Virus record (IMG/VR): IMGVR_UViG_3300010206_000001
Span: 1 to 25,756 of that record
From: a virus
Lineage: Duplodnaviria > Caudoviricetes
Reading direction: 5' to 3' (one strand)
DNA: 25,756 nt
Of this stretch, positions 8,844 to 15,721 are shown piece after piece. The position numbers and the translations under genes were made by a program. The notes under the pieces are model-generated. The model was given only the letters and a program-made list of their open reading frames with translations, did no database searches and was not told where the DNA came from. Position 1 is the first letter of the stretch. Each line of letters begins with the position of its first letter.

Positions 8844-8851
8844 GTAAAAAA
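8844..8851. repeat. Target-site duplication, left copy (GTAAAAAA)
   Basis: Identical 8-mer at 11263-11270; both copies abut the inverted repeats. Confidence 0.93.
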
Positions 8852-8875
8852 GGCTATCCGTCATTTGAGGTTTAT
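8852..8875 (+). repeat. Left terminal inverted repeat
   Basis: GGCTATCCGTCATTTGAGGTTTAT versus right-end reverse complement GGCTATCCGTCATACGGGGTTGAT. Confidence 0.92.
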
Positions 8876-9249
8876 GGCTGAACGACGGGGCTGAAACGCG
8901 CTCCGTCATTTGGGGTTGATGAGCCGCCTTCGTCGTCTTGGACACGGACCCATTTTCCACCCTCAAACGACATTGCTCCACCGGGCATCCGTTCATAGCG
9001 GTGCGCCCAGCCAAATTCCCACCTGGTGAAGACCACCGTGGCGGGAAGTCCGTCGATCATCTGCAACTCGGCGGCGATCTGACGGCGCCTCCCTACACCA
9101 ACGAACGACGCTGAGACGATCTCCCGGAATGCTGGTGGGACATTCGGCGGCAAAACCCCGATCAGCGTGCCGAATGCTATTCGGGCGGCGGAACTGGCCG
9201 CGCCTTTCGGCTCGATCAGCTTGGATTTGTCGCCTTCGCGGTCAGCCAT
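8872..9249 (-). CDS. IS passenger gene 2, hypothetical protein (about 125 aa)
   Basis: Starts immediately after the passenger 1 stop (TGA GTG ATG) with GGAGG SD; stop lies inside the left inverted repeat. Confidence 0.65.
   Translation of the reverse strand: MADREGDKSKLIEPKGAASSAARIAFGTLIGVLPPNVPPAFREIVSASFVGVGRRRQIAAELQMIDGLPATVVFTRWEFGWAHRYERMPGGAMSFEGGKWVRVQDDEGGSSTPNDGARFSPVVQP
8902..8920 (+). repeat. Subterminal copy of the IR core at the left end
   Basis: TCCGTCATTTGGGGTTGAT, 17/19 identical to 8857-8875, offset 45 bp. Confidence 0.85.
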
Positions 9250-9252
9250 CAC

Positions 9253-9642
9253 TCACGCCTCCTTGAGGGCGGCGATGTCGTCGCTCGCGTACTTGCGCCA
9301 GTCTGCGCCGTACTTGAGAGCAAAGCCGATAAAACGATGCAGGACAAACGCTTGCTCATCCTCGCATTTCGTCGGGATCGCATGACCGGCGCGGCGGTAG
9401 GCGTGCGCCAGCGGAACGGTCCGAAAGTTCATCAACCCAAGCACTTCACCAAGTTCTGGCGTCAGAGCTTCAGGCCAGCCTGCTTTAGGCGGGATGTTTC
9501 CGCTCTCCCAGTCAAAGCCCGCGCCTTCAGCACAACTCTCGCAGAGCCAACGGCCATCAGGGGCAACCATTAACTCGTTTCGCGGGTGGCCACATTGCTC
9601 ATCGGAGCAGCTATCACAGCAATACATGATGCCGCGCGTCAT
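9253..9642 (-). CDS. IS passenger gene 1, Cys-rich hypothetical protein (129 aa)
   Basis: GGAGG SD before ATG 9642; CCDSC...CESC at the N-terminus; C-terminal EVLGLMNF...AGHAIPTKCEDEQAFVLH...KYGADWR region. Confidence 0.8.
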   Translation of the reverse strand: MTRGIMYCCDSCSDEQCGHPRNELMVAPDGRWLCESCAEGAGFDWESGNIPPKAGWPEALTPELGEVLGLMNFRTVPLAHAYRRAGHAIPTKCEDEQAFVLHRFIGFALKYGADWRKYASDDIAALKEA

Positions 9643-9651
9643 ATCGTCCTC

Positions 9652-9749
9652 CAATCTCATATGAGATTGACGTTTTATCACATACGAGATACGCGACAAT
9701 ATCTCATATGCGAAAAAGGTGCAGTTTGACTCCGAAACTCATATCAGGT
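9652..9749. promoter_or_regulatory. Divergent control region with four copies of palindromic ATCTCATATGAGAT
   Basis: Copies start at 9654 (perfect, inside the 18-bp palindrome 9652-9669), 9677 (2 mismatches), 9701 (2) and 9736 (3). Confidence 0.8.
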
Positions 9750-9754
9750 AGCGC
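9726..9754 (+). promoter_or_regulatory. Candidate sigma70-type promoter for a leaderless RHH/transposase transcript
   Basis: TTGACT-N17-TAGCGC-N7-ATG(9762); -10 is degenerate; no SD before the ATG. Confidence 0.5.
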
Positions 9755-9761
9755 CCAAAAG

Positions 9762-9959
9762 ATGGGGCGGACGAAGAAATGGGCAGAGGACATGCAAGCG
9801 AGGTTCCCGGCTGGAACGTTCGCCCGCATCGCCGTTGTCCTCGGCGACGGTGAAGACCGGACCGACTTTGTTCGCGAGGCTGTCGAGCGAGAGCTTAAGC
9901 GCCGTGAACGAAAAGACATTTCTGGTCGGAAACCAGACCGATCTTCTTCATCTGAATAA
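9762..9959 (+). CDS. Small ribbon-helix-helix-like DNA-binding protein (65 aa)
   Basis: MGRTKKWAEDMQARFPAGTFARIAVVLGDGEDRTDFVREAVERELKRRE: strand-helix-turn-helix pattern with RHH-like R-T-D-F-V-R-E-A-V second helix. Confidence 0.75.
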   Translation: MGRTKKWAEDMQARFPAGTFARIAVVLGDGEDRTDFVREAVERELKRRERKDISGRKPDRSSSSE

Positions 9960-11232
9960 TTTGCACGCGTCTTCAACGTACAAGGAAGGTGACAGCCTTA
10001 TCGTTGAAGCATCGACCCTAACGCCTCGCGTCCACAAATGCGGGTTGTTCTGCGAACTGGTCAAGAGCGGAACGAAGAAGGTCAGGTATCGTGACTTTCC
10101 TATTCAAGCTCAACCAACATGGCTTGAGATTTCAAGGCAGCGCTTTCGCTGTAAAGACCACGGCAAGACGATCTATGAAGACCTGCCGGATATCGACACA
10201 GCCGCTAGACTGACAGTCAGGTTCAAGGAACACCTTGAAAAGGAAGCTGTCGCACGCACGTTCATCGACGCGGCGCGGACGAATGGCGTTGATGAGAACC
10301 TTGTCCGCCGCCTCTTTGCCACCTACGCCAAGCTGCAACTCTCGAACTATACGGTTCGGATGCCTCGCGTCTTAGGGATGGATGAGAAGTACATCGCCAA
10401 AATCCCCCGGTTCGTGATCGGCGACGTTGAGAACAGGAAGCTTCTCGACATCCGAGAGAACCGCCTGAGCATGAACCTCGACACCTATTTCGAGAAGATG
10501 GAAGGGAAGGACGCGGTCGAGATCGTTTGCCAGGACATGTACAAGGGCTATCTGACGCTCACGAAACGCCACTTCCGCCGCGCCGCAACGGTCGTTGACA
10601 AGTTCCATGTCCTTGCGCTGTCCAACACCGCCGTTGAAATGGTTAGGCGCGACCTCAACAAGAGTTTAGGGAATAGGGAAAGGATAAAGCTTAAGAGCCG
10701 AAACAAGCTGTTTCTGGCCCGCTGGGACACATGCAAGGCGGAAACGCGCTCTCAGCTTGAGAAATTCTTTTCCCTATACCCTTTATTGGGGCAAGCTTAC
10801 TGGCTGAAAGAGCAGCTTTATGGCGTCTACGATTGCGAGAACAGGGCGCAGGCTGAACAGGCATTGACCGAATGGATGGGCAGCATCCCTCCCGAACTCG
10901 TCAAGCCGTTTACGGTCGTCACCACGGCAGTCAAGAACTGGCGACCCTACATGCTCCGCTACTTCGAGCACCCGCTGACCAACGCCTACACCGAATCGCT
11001 GAACGGCCTGGTCTCGGAGATCAACCGCGTGGGGCGCGGCTATTCGTTCGAGACACTCCGCGCCAAGGCGCTGCTCAAATACGGCGACGCCAAGCGGCTC
11101 ATCGACCTGTACGACTTCGACCTGATGAGCTGCCAGTCCGACGAGGAAATGGAGTTCCTGACGACGGCTGTCGTGTCCTCTGGCGTGGACATATCAACCC
11201 TGACCGACGCTTTGAAGCAGGGGACGCTTTAG
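9904..11232 (+). CDS. ISL3-family DDE transposase (start uncertain; GTG 9904 chosen)
   Basis: RYRDFP...RQRFRCKDH (zinc-finger region), RLTVRF, VLGMDE, CQDM, VDKFHV, TNAYTESLN motifs characteristic of ISL3 transposases; frame intact. Confidence 0.93.
   Translation: MNEKTFLVGNQTDLLHLNNLHASSTYKEGDSLIVEASTLTPRVHKCGLFCELVKSGTKKVRYRDFPIQAQPTWLEISRQRFRCKDHGKTIYEDLPDIDTAARLTVRFKEHLEKEAVARTFIDAARTNGVDENLVRRLFATYAKLQLSNYTVRMPRVLGMDEKYIAKIPRFVIGDVENRKLLDIRENRLSMNLDTYFEKMEGKDAVEIVCQDMYKGYLTLTKRHFRRAATVVDKFHVLALSNTAVEMVRRDLNKSLGNRERIKLKSRNKLFLARWDTCKAETRSQLEKFFSLYPLLGQAYWLKEQLYGVYDCENRAQAEQALTEWMGSIPPELVKPFTVVTTAVKNWRPYMLRYFEHPLTNAYTESLNGLVSEINRVGRGYSFETLRAKALLKYGDAKRLIDLYDFDLMSCQSDEEMEFLTTAVVSSGVDISTLTDALKQGTL
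11191..11209 (-). repeat. Subterminal copy of the IR core at the right end
   Basis: ATATCAACCC-N5-GACG at 11191 and at 11237, offset 46 bp. Confidence 0.7.
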
Positions 11233-11238
11233 GCCGAT

Positions 11239-11262
11239 ATCAACCCCGTATGACGGATAGCC
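11239..11262 (-). repeat. Right terminal inverted repeat
   Basis: ATCAACCCCGTATGACGGATAGCC. Confidence 0.92.
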
Positions 11263-11270
11263 GTAAAAAA
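11263..11270. repeat. Target-site duplication, right copy (GTAAAAAA)
   Basis: Identical to 8844-8851. Confidence 0.93.
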
Positions 11271-11298
11271 TCACAATGTTTCGGGGAGGCGTTCGCGT

Positions 11299-11736
11299 TC
11301 AGAGCGTCGCGGCGAGCGCAAACAGCGCGTCAATCTCGGCGGCAGTCTTGCCCATGGCGGACGCGAGCGCCGCCAGGATTGAATTGGACCTTTGGAATTC
11401 CTGCGCGAATTTGACCGCCATTTTCGCTGCGAACTGGTCGGCGACGGGAAGCGAGGAGATCGCCGTCAGAAGCGCGGCCGGGATCGAGGAATCCGTGGCG
11501 AGCGCCTCGTCTTCGGTGATGATCCCGATTTGCGCGGCGGCCTGAAAAAACTGCCGGCGACTGACGGACTGCGGGACGGGCGCCGGCGGCGGCGTGTATG
11601 GCGTCGGCGTGTTGCCGTCGGCGCGCCAGGCGCAATATGCGGCATAGTCGCTGTTGGTTGGATCGGACGGGATGAAAACGCCATCCGATCTGACGACAAT
11701 TTGCGGATTTTCCGTAAGCGCATAGTGAATCGTCAT
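11299..11736 (-). CDS. Tail fibre assembly/chaperone-like protein
   Basis: RSDGVFIPSDPTNSDYAAYCAWRADGNTP, VPQSVSRRQF, EIDALFALAATL; ATGA overlap with the fibre stop. Confidence 0.8.
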   Translation of the reverse strand: MTIHYALTENPQIVVRSDGVFIPSDPTNSDYAAYCAWRADGNTPTPYTPPPAPVPQSVSRRQFFQAAAQIGIITEDEALATDSSIPAALLTAISSLPVADQFAAKMAVKFAQEFQRSNSILAALASAMGKTAAEIDALFALAATL

Positions 11737-13229
11737 GCCAGCTCCGCGCTCGCCGTCCATGTCCCCACGCCGGTCCAGCCGTTCCAATTCGAAAGTCCGG
11801 TTCCGTTGAACCCAAATCTCGACGACGAAATAGCCGCCGCAACCGGCGTAAACGCGACATCGGTTCCAAAACTATAGTATCGCCATCCGCTCATAGCTAT
11901 CGATGGCGTGGCGCGCTTTGTCACGGTGAATCGCACATCCCCGTATCCAGCGGACGCGGTCAGCCCGCCGCCCAGCCACATATAGGGCTCGGGGCCGGTT
12001 TCGAAATATCGTTGGCACAAGGCCAATTCAACTCCATGCGGTCGGCGCTCAAACGCTTTTGCTGTCGTTCCCGATTCGAATTGCGGGAGCAACACTGTCC
12101 CGGGGCCCGCGAACTCGACATTGGTCTGCACGCCCGCCGCCAGCCCCGACACAGTCAGCGGCGCCGCGGCATACGAGCCGGAGCCGCTGTTTCCTGTTCC
12201 CTGCCAGACGCGGGCCTGCGCGGTTCCGGCTTGAGACAAAGTATAGGCGCCCCCCTCGATCAGCGCGCCCTCAATCGGCAGGATGATGGACGATCCTGCG
12301 CCGAGCAGGATCGTCGTGTCGATCCCGGCGACCGAAAAAGCGTAGGTCGCGCCGGCCGCGCCCGCCTTGACGCCGTCATGACCATAAACGCCGGCAGCGA
12401 GCGTCACCGTCCCCGAGACGCCGCGCTGATTGATCGCAAATGAGGCGTTGCGCAACAAATTGCGCAAAGCGGCAGGGTCGCCGGGCAATTGATCTGCGGT
12501 CGCCTTGCCGGACAGGTCTGTAAATGCTGGCTGCCTGTAAGACAGAGCGCCGAGCGCATCGATCCCGATGGCGAATTTTTTCGCCGGGGCCGCGGACACG
12601 ACGACGCCACCCATCGACGTCTCGGTCGGTGTAGGCAGCCGCGCCGCCGGCAGCGTCCCAGAGGTCATGTTCGACGCGTCGGAGATCGCGGCCAGCCCGT
12701 CGACCACCTGCTCCGCCAGCCCGTCGACTACGGCCTGGAAAATCGTGCCGTCCACCGACGCCGACACCCGCCAGTCGGCATAGGTCCCGGCGCCGGAGAC
12801 GTGATCGACATCGATGACGAGGACGCCGGCGCCGCGATCGTAGGAGACGAGCCGCCCCGACATCTGCACCGACGCGTCGCCGGTTTTCATCACGCCGATA
12901 TAGGCCGCGGCGGCGAAGCGCGCGCGATCCTCCTCCGCGAGGATCATCGTCTGCGCCCCGACGGCCACGGTCAGCTCGGAAGCCGACGAAGCCGAAAAAA
13001 TGACGCCGACCTGCGAGATTGCAACGACCTGCTCGTAGACGGGCCGCAGCGCATCGTCGAGCCGCTTCAGGCCAAACGATTGCAGCTCCGAAATCGCGGT
13101 CTCCCACGAGGGCGAGAACGGCTCGATCGCGCGCAGCCGCGCATCGAGCACGTTCATCGCCGCATTGAGCCGTCTCTCGTCGAACGCCTCGTCCGCGGAG
13201 AAGGTCAGCTCAGGATAGCTGCTGGCCAT
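11733..13229 (-). CDS. Tail fibre protein
   Basis: SGTLPAARLP, RNLLRNASFAINQRG, FERRPHGVELALCQRYF and terminal WTASAEL; position after baseplate genes. Confidence 0.8.
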   Translation of the reverse strand: MASSYPELTFSADEAFDERRLNAAMNVLDARLRAIEPFSPSWETAISELQSFGLKRLDDALRPVYEQVVAISQVGVIFSASSASELTVAVGAQTMILAEEDRARFAAAAYIGVMKTGDASVQMSGRLVSYDRGAGVLVIDVDHVSGAGTYADWRVSASVDGTIFQAVVDGLAEQVVDGLAAISDASNMTSGTLPAARLPTPTETSMGGVVVSAAPAKKFAIGIDALGALSYRQPAFTDLSGKATADQLPGDPAALRNLLRNASFAINQRGVSGTVTLAAGVYGHDGVKAGAAGATYAFSVAGIDTTILLGAGSSIILPIEGALIEGGAYTLSQAGTAQARVWQGTGNSGSGSYAAAPLTVSGLAAGVQTNVEFAGPGTVLLPQFESGTTAKAFERRPHGVELALCQRYFETGPEPYMWLGGGLTASAGYGDVRFTVTKRATPSIAMSGWRYYSFGTDVAFTPVAAAISSSRFGFNGTGLSNWNGWTGVGTWTASAELA

Positions 13230-13401
13230 CGGCCACAACTCCCGCTGCCGTCATCGCATCGAAAATGGTCTGATCGACCTCGTGATGCCGCCCCGGCAGA
13301 TAAGTGAAGCCCATATGCTCGAACCTGGCGGAGAGCCGCACTTCATAGCGGGCCGAGGATTGCGCCGGCGCTCCGCCGGCCTGATTGGGTTTGCTGGCCA
13401 T
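13210..13401 (-). CDS. Small hypothetical tail-region protein (63 aa)
   Basis: GAGGAG SD; fills the gap between the 760-aa gene and the fibre gene. Confidence 0.75.
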   Translation of the reverse strand: MASKPNQAGGAPAQSSARYEVRLSARFEHMGFTYLPGRHHEVDQTIFDAMTAAGVVADGQQLS

Positions 13402-13411
13402 TTCGGTCTCC

Positions 13412-15694
13412 TCAGAGCGCGTAATCCTTCGACCACGCGACGTGACAGGTCTTTTGCGACGTGCTCGACGAAATCTCCGTGTCTTTTCTGAACGTCGTCA
13501 CCGCGGACCCGAGATTGAAAACATAGGTCCGCTCATAGGCGCCATCGAGCGGATCGATCGCGGTCGAAACGCTCGACGGCGCCGTGACCGTCGCGAACCC
13601 GGCGCCCGTCCTCAGATGCACGCTGGCGGTGTGATAGGTCGGGTCGAAATATTCGTAGCGCTGGATCACGCGGATCTGCGACGAGGCCGCCGGCAGCGTG
13701 CGCGTCTTCGAGATGTGCCGCAGCGCCGTCGCCGGCCGCGACGCCTTGCACAGCGAATCCGTGAGGGACAGGCAGGGCATCACATCGCCGGTGCCGTTGA
13801 AAACGGCGCGGAACGGCAGCAGCGGCGGGATCACGCCGCCCTGGCCCAGCACGTAGGTGTCCACGTCGTGGAGATTGTACCAGGTCGAGCCGACCTGCAC
13901 CTCGTAGGACAGCGTCGTGCCGGGAGGCGAGATCGCGCCGGCCGTGATGTCGATCGAGAGGATGCCCCCGGCGAGCTGAAGCGGTTGCAGGTTGATGACG
14001 GTGCGTTGCGCGCGCGGCTTGGCGCGATAGAGCTTCATCCACAGATCGCGCGTGGCGTCGCCCTGCGCATAGGCGCCGTCGAGCACGTAAAAGAACGTGC
14101 CCTGGGTGAAATTGGCGCCGTTAACGGTGGCCACCCAATGGTCGGCCGCCGTCGTCAGCACCAAAGCGTAGCGCTTGCCCGCGCGCAGGAAGGTCGGCTG
14201 GAGGGCGACAACGGTCTCTGCGGCGAGCGCCAGGGCGGCGCGCTGAACCGTGGTTGAGGCGATGACGTTGCCGAGGTCCGGCAATCCGAAATTCGAGACT
14301 TCGACCACCGCCACATGCACCGTTCCCGCCGCCGCGAGCCGCGAGAACCAAAGCCCGACCGCATCGAGCCACATGTCCTGGCCCTGAAGCCAGGTTTCGA
14401 CGATCTGCGCCCCCGTCACCGTGATCGGGGTGGTGATATTGTCCCAATAGGGCTCGGTCACCGTGTCGGTCCAGATTTGGCGCAACCGCACCGCCGTATG
14501 CAGGAAATTGTCGCCGGTATAAACGGGCGGCAGACCGTTCAAATCGAGGCCCGCCTGGAAAGTCTCGCCGTTCGGCAGTTTGAAAATGCCGGTGAGCGCA
14601 TCATATTGCCCGGACTGCCACCACGCCGAATTCGTGCAGACCGTAAACTCCTCACCGTAGCGGATGCGCTGGCGCGACATGGTCTTTTGGACCATCTGGA
14701 ACGACGCCTGCGAGAACGACATGATCTGCGTCTCGCCGGCCCAGGATCCGGTGGCGAGCCACGCCTCGCGCGTGTAGGCCGGGAACAGCACGCCATTCTT
14801 GATCGTCGCGTACGGATCGAGCGGATTGAAAATCTGCAAGGCGGCCGACGCCGCCGCGCCATCGGGAAACCGCATGCCTTCCTGAATTTTCACGCTCGAC
14901 AACGGATCGTCGAGTTGGGATTTGGAGGCGTCGAGGAAAAAATTGGCGTCGCTGTCGATCGCGCTCGACGAAATGCCCACCTTGCTTTCGAGCACAGCGA
15001 GCCGCAGCAGCGACCGGCTGTATTGCTCGGGCGTCACACCGCGGGACTGACCCGCCTTCAGGCCGGCGATATCGGACGTCAGCGTTTTGATCTGGAATGC
15101 GGTCAGAGCATCGAATTCCTCCAGAGACCCGACGCGCGCGTCGAGGCTCTCGACGCTCGGGAGCCGGTTGGCGTCTTGCATGACGATCTGATCGACGCCC
15201 GTGGTCGACAGCGTGACCAGCGCCACGATCGTATAGCCCACATCGACCAGCGGAGCCGTGGGGTCCGGCGCTTCCTGTCCGAGCTGCGCCGCGACATTCG
15301 CGATGCGGGCATGCACCAAGGCCACGGCCTGCGGCTCCGCCTGCCGCGTTTCCGCGTTGATCAGAAACTGGCGCTCGCGCACATCGGTGTCGCCTTCCGA
15401 GCCCCAGGTGACGACGGCGGCGATCCGCTTGCCGGCCACCGGCAGATTGGTGATGAAGTCCTTGGACCAGCCGGCGCCCGCCGCATAGATTCTCCCGCCC
15501 GAATAGAGCCGGCCCGCCGCCACCGAAATCTGCGTCGGCGCGCTCTTCGTCACCTCGAAGCCGATGAATTTTGTCCCCGAATGGATGCCGTCGGCGACGA
15601 CATGGTCGATCGCGGCCTCGACAAAATCGAACCCACGCACGAAGTCGCTGGGATCGTCGTCGATGTTGTCGAGGAAAATGATTTTGTTTTCCAA
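13412..15694 (-). CDS. Large baseplate/tail structural protein (760 aa)
   Basis: AGGAG SD before a TTG start; located between gpI and fibre; ETWLQGQDMWLDAVGLWF and FLRAGKRYALVL beta-rich segments; exact family not established. Confidence 0.75.
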   Translation of the reverse strand: MENKIIFLDNIDDDPSDFVRGFDFVEAAIDHVVADGIHSGTKFIGFEVTKSAPTQISVAAGRLYSGGRIYAAGAGWSKDFITNLPVAGKRIAAVVTWGSEGDTDVRERQFLINAETRQAEPQAVALVHARIANVAAQLGQEAPDPTAPLVDVGYTIVALVTLSTTGVDQIVMQDANRLPSVESLDARVGSLEEFDALTAFQIKTLTSDIAGLKAGQSRGVTPEQYSRSLLRLAVLESKVGISSSAIDSDANFFLDASKSQLDDPLSSVKIQEGMRFPDGAAASAALQIFNPLDPYATIKNGVLFPAYTREAWLATGSWAGETQIMSFSQASFQMVQKTMSRQRIRYGEEFTVCTNSAWWQSGQYDALTGIFKLPNGETFQAGLDLNGLPPVYTGDNFLHTAVRLRQIWTDTVTEPYWDNITTPITVTGAQIVETWLQGQDMWLDAVGLWFSRLAAAGTVHVAVVEVSNFGLPDLGNVIASTTVQRAALALAAETVVALQPTFLRAGKRYALVLTTAADHWVATVNGANFTQGTFFYVLDGAYAQGDATRDLWMKLYRAKPRAQRTVINLQPLQLAGGILSIDITAGAISPPGTTLSYEVQVGSTWYNLHDVDTYVLGQGGVIPPLLPFRAVFNGTGDVMPCLSLTDSLCKASRPATALRHISKTRTLPAASSQIRVIQRYEYFDPTYHTASVHLRTGAGFATVTAPSSVSTAIDPLDGAYERTYVFNLGSAVTTFRKDTEISSSTSQKTCHVAWSKDYAL

Positions 15695-15721
15695 GGTGCT
15701 GCTCCTGAGCAGAGGGAGGGG

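Larger units (their letters stand above)
8852..11262 (+). mobile_element. ISL3-family element with passenger genes (2411 bp)
   Basis: Ends GGCTATCCGTCAT... / ...ATGACGGATAGCC (13-bp perfect inverted match with further imperfect extension), 8-bp AT-rich duplication, ISL3-type transposase inside, AT-richer than the phage genes. Confidence 0.93.

Noticed and set aside
7337-8881. 514-aa plus-strand ORF
   Set aside because: Antisense shadow of the sheath gene.
6528-9014. 828-aa minus-strand ORF
   Set aside because: Alternative frame over sheath and tube, Arg/Gly-rich with no motifs, and it crosses the IS junction.
9652-9749. Spaced palindromic repeats considered as a mini-CRISPR
   Set aside because: Repeats are 14 bp and degenerate with 9-21 bp gaps, and there are no cas genes; operators fit better.
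9704-9976. 90-aa minus-strand ORF in the IS
   Set aside because: Antisense to the RHH-like gene and overlapping the operator region; no recognisable features.
11733-13229. Possible diversity-generating retroelement or invertible fibre cassette
   Set aside because: No reverse transcriptase, invertase, duplicated template region or flanking inversion sites seen by eye in the window.
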